Shown: positions 37,680 to 46,077 of the stretch, one piece after another
Numbering within the stretch: position 1 is the first letter of the stretch
How the letters are laid out: every line of letters starts with the position of its first letter
NCBI GenBank assembly: GCA_902597795.1
Contig: CACJZA010000005.1
Span: 12,082-76,081, forward strand
DNA length: 64,000 nt
Reading direction: 5' to 3'
Source of the DNA: an uncultured Alphaproteobacteria bacterium
GTDB taxonomy: Bacteria; Pseudomonadota; Alphaproteobacteria; HIMB59; GCA-002718135
Program-made: the position numbers and the translations under genes
The notes under the pieces: generated by a model
What the model saw: only the letters and a program-made list of their open reading frames with translations
What the model was told of the DNA's origin: nothing
Database searches by the model: none

Positions 37680-38909
37680 ATGGGAGATTTAGTTAGTAAT
37701 TACAGATTTGTTGTAAAGCCAGTTATTAAAGAAACTGGCAGATCTCTGGATTTGGCTAGACCCATGAAAATACATCCTCTTACTTATCAGGAGTTACCAC
37801 TCAACCCAGAATATACTAACTACGCTGATGGAAGATTTACACTTGAAAAATTGTCTCATGCTACAGCAGATGAAATGTATTGGAAAGCTAGACAAGAAAT
37901 AATCTTACGTCATACGGGTGAACATCCATACGAAATCTCTGGTCCGGATGCTGAAAATTTACTTCAACAAATATTTCCTAGAGATATTTCAAAAGTAAAA
38001 ATTGGAAGATGCTCCTATCAATTTGCATGCTACCATGATGGAGGAATGATTTCAGATGGATTGTTAATAAGATTAGAAAAAAATAAATTTTGGTTTGCTC
38101 AAGGTGATGGACATTTATATAGTTGGTACAAAGCTCATTCTAAAAATTTAGATGTTGAAATTAAAGATCCAAATGTTTGGGTAAGCCAAATACAAGGACC
38201 TAAATCTCTAAGACTGTTAGAAAAACTAATTGATCAACCATTAAAAAATAATTTTAATTACTTTGATTGGATTGAAACTTCAATTGCATCAGAAAAAGTA
38301 ATTATAAGTAGAACAGGGTTTACGAATGAATTAGGTTGGGAAATTTATTTAAGACCACAAAATGATTCAAAAAAAATTGGAGACTTAATATTAAGTAAAG
38401 GTGAAGAAATGGGAATGATCTTAACAGCCTCACCAGGATTTAGATGCAGAAGAATTGAGGCAGGTCTTTTGTCTGCGGGGAGAGATTTTACCAGGGATAG
38501 ATCTCCATTTGCTGTTGGATTAGGAAAATTTATAGATTTTAATAAAGGAGATTTCATTGGAAGAGAATATTTACTTAATGCCAGTAAAGATTGTTTAACT
38601 TGGGGTATGAGAGTAGAAAATAGTTTTGCTTTAGTTGATTCTGAAATTTCTATTAATAATAAAAAAGTAGGCATTGTAACTTCAAGTACATGGTCTCCAT
38701 TTCAAGTTTGTGGTGTTGCTATAGTTCATATGAACTATGTAGAATTTGGACCAGGCACAATAGTAGATGTCAGCTGTGATGATGGTAGTTTACAAAAAGG
38801 TGAAATCTGCACTTTACCAATGTATGATGAGAAAGGTGAAATACAAAGAGGTTTAAAAGAAGATATTCCATCCAGTCCAATACCTTGGAAGGGTATTTCA
38901 AAAAACTAA
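37680..38909 (+). CDS. GcvT/aminomethyltransferase family protein (atypical, DmdA-related)
   Basis: EISGPDA..LL, PRDISK...GRC.Y, QIQGP.S, SRTGFT.ELGWEIY, RRIEAGL, KGDFIGR and G.VTS..WSP. Confidence 0.85.
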   Translation: MGDLVSNYRFVVKPVIKETGRSLDLARPMKIHPLTYQELPLNPEYTNYADGRFTLEKLSHATADEMYWKARQEIILRHTGEHPYEISGPDAENLLQQIFPRDISKVKIGRCSYQFACYHDGGMISDGLLIRLEKNKFWFAQGDGHLYSWYKAHSKNLDVEIKDPNVWVSQIQGPKSLRLLEKLIDQPLKNNFNYFDWIETSIASEKVIISRTGFTNELGWEIYLRPQNDSKKIGDLILSKGEEMGMILTASPGFRCRRIEAGLLSAGRDFTRDRSPFAVGLGKFIDFNKGDFIGREYLLNASKDCLTWGMRVENSFALVDSEISINNKKVGIVTSSTWSPFQVCGVAIVHMNYVEFGPGTIVDVSCDDGSLQKGEICTLPMYDEKGEIQRGLKEDIPSSPIPWKGISKN

Positions 38910-38957
38910 TATATTTTGTAATAGAATTATAAATTATATTAGAATACAAATATTAGA

Positions 38958-40121
38958 ATGAATGATCTCATTAAACCTAGCACAAAAATTCACACAATTG
39001 ATGATGCAATAAGATTATCTAAAAAAAGATTACCAAAATTAGTCTTTGACTTTATTGATGGAGCATCAGGAGATGACAAACTTGCAGAAATTAATAGTAC
39101 AGCATTAGATCAAATTAGACTTGAGCCTAAGGTTTTTAGAAATGTTGAGAATAGAAATTTAAGTAAAAAAATATTTGATTTTCATTTTGATTATCCATTT
39201 GGATTTGCACCAATGGGAATGACAAATCTTTCATGGCCAAATGCAGATAAAATGATAGCAAAAGAAAGTGCGTATAATAATATTCCAACATGTGTTTCAA
39301 TGGCTTCTAGTACTACGCTAGAAGATATGTTTACTTTTTCAGAAGGTCATTCGTGGATGCAAATATATATTTTTCAAAGTGAAGAATTTATAATGGAATT
39401 ATTAAAAAGAGCAGAAAGTATTGGATACAAGGTTTTGATCCTCACTGTTGATGTTCCAATTCTTTCAAGAAGAGCCAGAGATGATAGAAATGGCTTTGGT
39501 TATCCATTTAAAATTGGCCCAAAACAATTTTTAGATTTTGCACTACATCCTCAATGGAGCTTAACAACTTTATTTAAAGGCGCTCCACAACCAATGAATT
39601 ATGTTACCTCTAAAAGTGGTGATCAAATTTTTAGACGAAAAGAAAGTAGAGGAGCAACTGATTGGAATACTCTAAAAAGGGTTCGAGACGCTTGGAAAGG
39701 AAAATTAATAATCAAAGGAGTAATGAATTCTGAAGATGCTTTGAAAATTAAAGAGGCTGGTGCTGATGCAATTCAAGTATCAAATCATGGTGGAAGGCAA
39801 TTAGATAGTGCTACTGCTTCTATTAATGCTTTGCCATTAATACGAAAAGCTTTGGGAGACGATTTTCCAATACTTTTTGATAGTGGCATTAGAAGTGGTA
39901 GTGATATTTTACGAGCATTAGCTCTGGGAGCTAACTTTGTTATGTTTGGCAGACCTTTAATGTATGCTATTGGAGCAGATGGTGCAAGAGGTCTTAGAAG
40001 AATCATTAATCTAATTAAAGAAGAGTTAAGTACAAATCTTGGCTTAGTGGGATTAACCGATATAAATGAAGTTGATAAAAAAATTATAGCAGAGAAATTT
40101 TTTAAGGATATAAAGTATTAA
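38958..40121 (+). CDS. FMN-dependent alpha-hydroxy-acid oxidase/dehydrogenase (LldD/glycolate oxidase family)
   Basis: RLPK.VFDFIDG, APMG, LTVDVP...RR.RD, IIKGV, VSNHGGRQLD, DSGIRSGSD and GRP. Confidence 0.92.
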   Translation: MNDLIKPSTKIHTIDDAIRLSKKRLPKLVFDFIDGASGDDKLAEINSTALDQIRLEPKVFRNVENRNLSKKIFDFHFDYPFGFAPMGMTNLSWPNADKMIAKESAYNNIPTCVSMASSTTLEDMFTFSEGHSWMQIYIFQSEEFIMELLKRAESIGYKVLILTVDVPILSRRARDDRNGFGYPFKIGPKQFLDFALHPQWSLTTLFKGAPQPMNYVTSKSGDQIFRRKESRGATDWNTLKRVRDAWKGKLIIKGVMNSEDALKIKEAGADAIQVSNHGGRQLDSATASINALPLIRKALGDDFPILFDSGIRSGSDILRALALGANFVMFGRPLMYAIGADGARGLRRIINLIKEELSTNLGLVGLTDINEVDKKIIAEKFFKDIKY

Positions 40122-40122
40122 G

Positions 40123-41865
40123 ATGGGAGATAAAAAGATTAGAGGTGGGGCATTAGTTGCAAGAGCTCTTAAAGACAAAGGTATTGATAATGTTTTTACA
40201 CTTTCTGGAGGTTTTTGTAATCCGGCACTTGAAGGATTTATGGAGTGTCAAATTAATGTAATTAATTGTCCTCATGAACAAATTGCTGGTCATTTAGCTG
40301 ATGGTCATACTAGAATATCAAGAAAACCTTCTGTTTGTATTGTTGGACCAGAAGGTTTTGCAAATGCAGTACCCTCAATGATGGAAGCTTGGGGTGAAAG
40401 ATCCCCTGTTATTTTTATAACTGGATCTAGTAGCTTAAAAAGACAAGGATCAGGCGGTTTTAAGGAAATAGATGATGTATCTATTGCTGCACCTTTAACA
40501 AAATACAGTGCCAGTATAACAGATGGCAATAGAATAAGAGAGTTCGTAGATAAAGCTTATAGAATTGCAACAAATGGCTATCCTGGTGCAGTACATTTAA
40601 GTGTACCAGTAGATATAATGTTTTCATCATTTGCAGATGATGCAGGTTTAGAAGAAAGACCTTTTACTCATCAAAAAAAACCTTTAGCAAAAGCTTGGCC
40701 TGATCCTGAGAGTTTAAATGAAATATTTGATCTGGCAATTAGTGCGCAAAAACCTGTTTTTATTGGAGGGCATGGTGTTTGGTGGTCTAGTGCAGAAAAA
40801 AAATTAGAACAAGCTGGCTTTGAATTAAACATTCCAATATTTAATATACCATACCATCAAAAGCTTTTAGGTGAAGAGGCAGATACATACATGGGTCTGG
40901 CAGATATTCATCAATACCCCCCATCAAAGATGGCTCTAAATGAATCAGATTTGGTTCTTATGATTGGTGCACGTCTTGATAATCAAATGAATTTTGGTAA
41001 TCCTCCACTTTTTCCAAAAAGCACTAAACTTATTTGTATTAATGGATCGCATGAAGAGATAGAACTAAATAGAGCTGCAGATATTAACTTACTTTGTGAT
41101 CCTGGAGTTTTTTTGGACAAACTCATAGAGTTAAAGAAAAACAGTAAATGGAAATTAAACAATCAATGGTTTGATAAGAATAAAAAAGAGAAAAAAATTT
41201 GGATTGATAAAACATTAGATGAATTAAATAAAGAAACTAAACAGACGAAAAAAAATGGTGGAAAAATTCATCCTCTTCAATTAGCTTTAGATGTTCAAGA
41301 AGTATTAAATGAAAATGATTGGTTAGTTATTGATGGTGGAAATACACATTTCTGGTCTGAGATCGCAATTAATATTGCTGGATCAAAAGGTAAAAAACTT
41401 GGAGGAATATTGCATCCGGGTACTTTCAGTATGTTAGGTGTTGGAGTTCCTTTTGCAATATCAGCGAAAAATCTTAATCCTAAATCTAATGTTGTTTTAA
41501 TAAGTGGAGATGGTGCATTTTTATCTGGTGGATTATCAATTGAAGCTGCATTTCAAGAAAAAAAACCTATTGTTGTAGTTATAGATAACAATGGAGGTCT
41601 TGACTGTATCTCTCAACAACAAGAAAGGTTATTTGAAAGTGGAAAACACTTTGCAACTGATTTTAGAGATATTCCATTTCATTCAATTTTTGAGGGTTTT
41701 GGAGGGCATGGAGAATTAGTTACTAAAAGAGAAGATTTAGCCCCCGCTTTAAAAAGAGCGTTAGATAGTGGTAAAACTTCATGTGTAAATGTTAAGGCTA
41801 AAGGCGTTATAAGTCCAATAGTTGCTGCAGTAAGTGATAAAAGAGATAAAGCATCTATAGAGTAG
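40123..41865 (+). CDS. Thiamine-diphosphate-dependent enzyme (ALS / 2-hydroxyacyl-CoA lyase-like)
   Basis: HEQ.AG..ADG (catalytic Glu), G.PGAVHLS.PVD, DGG and the GDGAF...(VV.DNN) ThDP/Mg motif. Confidence 0.88.
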   Translation: MGDKKIRGGALVARALKDKGIDNVFTLSGGFCNPALEGFMECQINVINCPHEQIAGHLADGHTRISRKPSVCIVGPEGFANAVPSMMEAWGERSPVIFITGSSSLKRQGSGGFKEIDDVSIAAPLTKYSASITDGNRIREFVDKAYRIATNGYPGAVHLSVPVDIMFSSFADDAGLEERPFTHQKKPLAKAWPDPESLNEIFDLAISAQKPVFIGGHGVWWSSAEKKLEQAGFELNIPIFNIPYHQKLLGEEADTYMGLADIHQYPPSKMALNESDLVLMIGARLDNQMNFGNPPLFPKSTKLICINGSHEEIELNRAADINLLCDPGVFLDKLIELKKNSKWKLNNQWFDKNKKEKKIWIDKTLDELNKETKQTKKNGGKIHPLQLALDVQEVLNENDWLVIDGGNTHFWSEIAINIAGSKGKKLGGILHPGTFSMLGVGVPFAISAKNLNPKSNVVLISGDGAFLSGGLSIEAAFQEKKPIVVVIDNNGGLDCISQQQERLFESGKHFATDFRDIPFHSIFEGFGGHGELVTKREDLAPALKRALDSGKTSCVNVKAKGVISPIVAAVSDKRDKASIE

Positions 41866-41868
41866 GTT

Positions 41869-42204
41869 ATGGCAATTTTTTCTACACATTTACTAAACTC
41901 AATAGATGGTACGCATGCAAGTGATGTAGAAATTGTTATTTATAAAGTAAATAATAATAACAAAGTTGTATTTTTAGAAGATAAAACAGATAGCTCTGGA
42001 AGAATGCTTAAAGAATTTGAATTAACGAAAGAAGATTGTGAAAGTGATTATGAAATGATAATTAATTCTGGTAAATATTTTAGAAATACTAGTGAAATAA
42101 TTAATTCAATAAGTGTTAAATTTAAAATGAAAGATCCTCTTAAAAAATACCACATACCTCTAATTATTTCTCCAAATGGATACTCAATATGGTGGTCAAA
42201 ATAA
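41869..42204 (+). CDS. Transthyretin-like / 5-hydroxyisourate hydrolase family protein, atypical (ends YSIWWSK)
   Basis: STH.L....G..A, TD..GR and YHIPL.ISP.GYS are present. The canonical YRGS terminus is replaced. Confidence 0.8.
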   Translation: MAIFSTHLLNSIDGTHASDVEIVIYKVNNNNKVVFLEDKTDSSGRMLKEFELTKEDCESDYEMIINSGKYFRNTSEIINSISVKFKMKDPLKKYHIPLIISPNGYSIWWSK

Positions 42205-42205
42205 A

Positions 42206-43327
42206 ATGAGTAATTCAGGATTAAACATGTCTAGACGTATTAGGAGGACTCCCTATACCGAGAAAGTAATTGAGGCTGGTGTAAGTGGTTTTACTGTAGT
42301 TAACCATATGCTTCTTCCAAAATCATATAAAGCAACAGTAGAAGAAGATTATTGGCACTTATCTAAAAATACTCAAATTTGGGATGTTTCATGTCAACGA
42401 CAGGTTCAAATAATAGGAGAAGATGCTACAGAATTAATACAACTCATGTCTCCAAGATCAATAAAAGATATGCCTATTGGTAAATGTTACTATTATCCAA
42501 TGATTGATGAAAATGCAGGGATGATAAATGATCCCGTACTTTTAAAATTAAGTGAAAATAAATATTGGCTATCAGTTGCAGACTCAGATGTTCTTCTTTG
42601 GGCAAAAGGATTGGCTGTAGGAAGAAATTTTAAAGTTGATATTATAGAGCCAGATATTTACCCCTTAGCAATTCAAGGTCCAAAATCTGAAAAATTAATG
42701 TCATCAATATTTGGAGAAAAAATTAAAAAATTAAAATTCTTTCATTTTTCTTTTTTTGAATTTGAAGGAACAAAACAGATAATTGCAAGATCAGGATATA
42801 GCAAACAAGATGGTTTTGAGATTTATCTTAAAGGTTTTAGTTTAGGAAAAAAACTTTGGGAAACTATTTGGGAAGCAGGAAAAGATTTTAATATTTCACC
42901 TGGATGTCCAAATTTAATTGATAGAATAGAAGGTGGTTTATTATCCTATGGTAATGAATTTACTTTAGAAAATAATCCAATTGAATGTGGATTTGATAAT
43001 TATTGTAACAATTTATCTCATGATTTCATTGGAAAAAATGAGCTAAAAAAAATATTAAAAAATGGAATAGAAAAAAAAATAAAAGGAATTACTTTTGATG
43101 GGTCTCCGACTCCCTCGTGTACAATACCTTTTCCTGTATATTCAAAAAATAGATTTCAAATTGGTAATATCACCTCTGGTATTTATTCACCATTTTTAAA
43201 AACGAATATTGGGCTATCAATGGTTGATAGAGACTATTGGAATGATGGGCAAGATGTTATCGTATTAACACCAGACAATATTGAGAGAAAAGGTAAAGTG
43301 TGCTCGCTACCTTTTAATTATTCTTAA
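42206..43327 (+). CDS. dmdA: DMSP demethylase DmdA or close paralog (GcvT family)
   Basis: SRRIRRTPY, V.NHMLLP, DYWHL....QIWDVSCQRQV, NDPVLLKL, WLS.ADSD.LLWAKG, ARSGYSKQ.GFEIY, PGCPNLI.RIEGGLLSYGN. Start at the ATG at 42206. Confidence 0.75.
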   Translation: MSNSGLNMSRRIRRTPYTEKVIEAGVSGFTVVNHMLLPKSYKATVEEDYWHLSKNTQIWDVSCQRQVQIIGEDATELIQLMSPRSIKDMPIGKCYYYPMIDENAGMINDPVLLKLSENKYWLSVADSDVLLWAKGLAVGRNFKVDIIEPDIYPLAIQGPKSEKLMSSIFGEKIKKLKFFHFSFFEFEGTKQIIARSGYSKQDGFEIYLKGFSLGKKLWETIWEAGKDFNISPGCPNLIDRIEGGLLSYGNEFTLENNPIECGFDNYCNNLSHDFIGKNELKKILKNGIEKKIKGITFDGSPTPSCTIPFPVYSKNRFQIGNITSGIYSPFLKTNIGLSMVDRDYWNDGQDVIVLTPDNIERKGKVCSLPFNYS

Positions 43328-43328
43328 A

Positions 43329-43775
43329 ATGAGTCATTCAATCGAATTAAAGTGGGAATTAGGAGATCAGAAACTCGAATTTGGAAAATATTTAACTGAT
43401 CACACAGTAATGCTTAACGAAAATGTATCTATTGATGCAGGATCATCTCCAGATTATGGGGGAAGCGAAAGTAATATTAATCCAGAGCAAAAACTAGCTG
43501 CAGCTGTAAGTAGTTGTTTTATGATGACGTTTTTAGCTTTAGCTGCAAAAATGAAATGGCCAGTTATTAATTACAAAGATAAAGCAATTTCGTATTTAGG
43601 AAAAAATGCAGAGGGAAGAATGTTCGTCAACAAAATAGAGTTAAATCCAGCTATAGTATTTGAAGATAATTTTAATATTTCTGATGAAGAAATGAAAAAG
43701 ATGAAAGAGAGATCACATAAGTATTGTTTTATTGCTAATTCACTATCTAAAGATGTTGAAATTCAAATTAATTAA
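43329..43775 (+). CDS. OsmC/Ohr family protein
   Basis: NPEQ.L.AA.SSC.M.TFL and H.YCFIANS, with both conserved Cys. Start at the ATG at 43329. Confidence 0.88.
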   Translation: MSHSIELKWELGDQKLEFGKYLTDHTVMLNENVSIDAGSSPDYGGSESNINPEQKLAAAVSSCFMMTFLALAAKMKWPVINYKDKAISYLGKNAEGRMFVNKIELNPAIVFEDNFNISDEEMKKMKERSHKYCFIANSLSKDVEIQIN

Positions 43776-44567
43776 ATGAATTTTAATCTAATATTATCTG
43801 AAAAAAATAATAACATTTCTAATATTATTCTTAATGATCAGAAAAACCAAAATACTTTAAGTGAAAACATGATCAATGAATTAACGTCAGCGCTAGATAT
43901 TGCTGATAAAGATAATGAAGTAAAAGTAATTATTTTATCATCAAAAGGTAATATTTTTTGTGCAGGACATAATTTAAAAGATTTAAATTCACAAAGATTG
44001 CAAAATGACAGAGGTGAAAGCTATTTTAAAAAAATATTTCAAATGTGCTCTCAACTTATGCTGAAAATTAATAAAAATAATAAACCAGTTATAGCTATGG
44101 TTGATGGTATCGCTACTGCAGCAGGCTGTCAGTTAATTTCTAGCTGTGATTTAGCTTACTCAAGTAGCAGAGCAAAATATGCAACTCCTGGTGTTAATAT
44201 TGGATTATTTTGTTCTACACCAATGGTTCCATTATCAAGAACTGTAGGTAAAAAACAAGCTATGGAAATGCTTCTCACTGGAGATCTTATAGATGCAAAT
44301 AAAGCATTAAGGATTGGTTTAATAAATGATGTCTTTGAAGAAGATAGTTTAAAAGAAAATGTATTTCAAATTGCTAAAAAAATATCATCTAAATCTTCTA
44401 ATACTATTAAAATTGGTAAAGAAGCTTTTTACAAACAAAAAGATATGAATTTAGAAGACGCATATACTTTTACTTCAAATGTAATGACGGAAAATATGTT
44501 ACATGATGATTCCAAAGAAGGTATTGAAGCTTTTTTAGAAAAAAGAGAACCAAACTGGAAAGAATAA
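43776..44567 (+). CDS. Enoyl-CoA hydratase/crotonase family protein (ECHDC3-like)
   Basis: FCAGHNLKD, V.GIATAAGCQL...CDLA, ATPGVNIGLFCSTP.V.LSR, AMEMLLTG and EGI.AFLEKR.P.W. Confidence 0.9.
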   Translation: MNFNLILSEKNNNISNIILNDQKNQNTLSENMINELTSALDIADKDNEVKVIILSSKGNIFCAGHNLKDLNSQRLQNDRGESYFKKIFQMCSQLMLKINKNNKPVIAMVDGIATAAGCQLISSCDLAYSSSRAKYATPGVNIGLFCSTPMVPLSRTVGKKQAMEMLLTGDLIDANKALRIGLINDVFEEDSLKENVFQIAKKISSKSSNTIKIGKEAFYKQKDMNLEDAYTFTSNVMTENMLHDDSKEGIEAFLEKREPNWKE

Positions 44568-44574
44568 TTACTTC

Positions 44575-46047
44575 TTAAAATGGGTCAGGTTGAGATGGAT
44601 TGGTAGCTAACCATGTAGATTTGGTCTGCATGTAACTTTGCATTCCCTCCCATCCATTTTCACGACCGTATCCTGATTGCTTGAAACCTCCAACTGGAGA
44701 TTGAGTAGAAGCATTAAAATAATTATTTATATAAACAGTTCCAGCCTCTATCTTATCTGATAAACGTATAGCTTTATTAGTATCCTTGGTCCAAATACCT
44801 GCTGCAAGTCCATAAATAGTATCGTTTGCAATTTTAATTACTTCATCTTCATTATCCCAAGATTGTATAGAGGCGACAGGTCCAAATACTTCATTTTGAG
44901 CTAAATCATCTTCATTTGGAACATTATCAAAAATAGTTGGTCCAATATAGTACCCTTCAGATTTTTGTTCTTTTCTTCCATCAATTAATAATTTTAAACC
45001 TCTATTTTCAGCCGCTTCTATCTTAGATAAAATAAAATCATATTGCTCTTTATTAGCTATAGGTCCTATTTGTGTTGCTGTATCATTTGGGTGACCAACT
45101 TTAGCTTTTTTAACAACTTCTAATAAATTTTGAGTAAATTTATCTTTTATATCTTTATGCACTAATATTCTTGATCCTGAAATACAGCTATGACCTGAAA
45201 CTGGAAAGATCCCTGAAACAACTCCATTAACTGATAAAGTTAAATCAGCATCTTTAAATATAATTTGTGGTGATTTTCCTCCTAGCTCCATAATAATAGG
45301 TTTAACATTTTTGGATGCACTTAAACTAGCTGCACTCCCCCCTTTTGTTCCACCTGTAAAACTTATCATTCTAACATCTTGGTGTTCAATAAGAGGTGCA
45401 CCAGTGGTAGGGCCAAAACCAGTAACAACATTAATTAAACCTTCTGGAAGATCAGCTTCTTCTAAAATTTTCATTAACTCTAATGTAGAGCATGACGCTC
45501 TTTCTGAAGGCTTGATTACAACTGTATTGCCTGCTGCTATTGCTGGTGCTAATTTCCAGATTAATGTTCCAATTGGTGAATTCCAAGGAAGAATAAGTGC
45601 AACAACTCCAAATGGTTCCCATTTTAAATAATTATGCATATTTGGAACCTCTGAAGGTATCAGCCTACCTTCATACTTGTCACACATACCTGCATAATAA
45701 TAAAAACTCTCAGTCTGCCAGCCAGTTAAAGAGGGAGTGATATTTTTTGGAAGTTTGCCGTTGTCTTTAGTTTCTACTTTTCCAATACGTTCTGCGTTTT
45801 TAGCAATAATATCTCCAATTCTAGTTAATGTTCTTCCTCTTTCTGCCGGATGCATTTTACCATAAGGACCATCATAATAAGCACGTTTAGCAGATGATAC
45901 TGCAAGATTAATATCTTTTTCATTACAGTCAGGGACCTTTGCCCATACTTTACCTATAGATGGATCCTCACTTTCAAAATATTTTTCAGAAGAAGGGTCA
46001 TGCCATTTATTTCCTGCATAAAATTTGTAGGTTTGAATTTCAGACAT
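44575..46047 (-). CDS. Aldehyde dehydrogenase (DhaS-like)
   Basis: PWNSP, KPSE, FTGGT, MELGGKSP, catalytic SCISGSR, EVFGPV and GGFKQSGYGRE. Confidence 0.9.
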   Translation of the reverse strand: MSEIQTYKFYAGNKWHDPSSEKYFESEDPSIGKVWAKVPDCNEKDINLAVSSAKRAYYDGPYGKMHPAERGRTLTRIGDIIAKNAERIGKVETKDNGKLPKNITPSLTGWQTESFYYYAGMCDKYEGRLIPSEVPNMHNYLKWEPFGVVALILPWNSPIGTLIWKLAPAIAAGNTVVIKPSERASCSTLELMKILEEADLPEGLINVVTGFGPTTGAPLIEHQDVRMISFTGGTKGGSAASLSASKNVKPIIMELGGKSPQIIFKDADLTLSVNGVVSGIFPVSGHSCISGSRILVHKDIKDKFTQNLLEVVKKAKVGHPNDTATQIGPIANKEQYDFILSKIEAAENRGLKLLIDGRKEQKSEGYYIGPTIFDNVPNEDDLAQNEVFGPVASIQSWDNEDEVIKIANDTIYGLAAGIWTKDTNKAIRLSDKIEAGTVYINNYFNASTQSPVGGFKQSGYGRENGWEGMQSYMQTKSTWLATNPSQPDPF

Positions 46048-46077
46048 AATTTATTTAAACTTAAATATTTTCATTGG

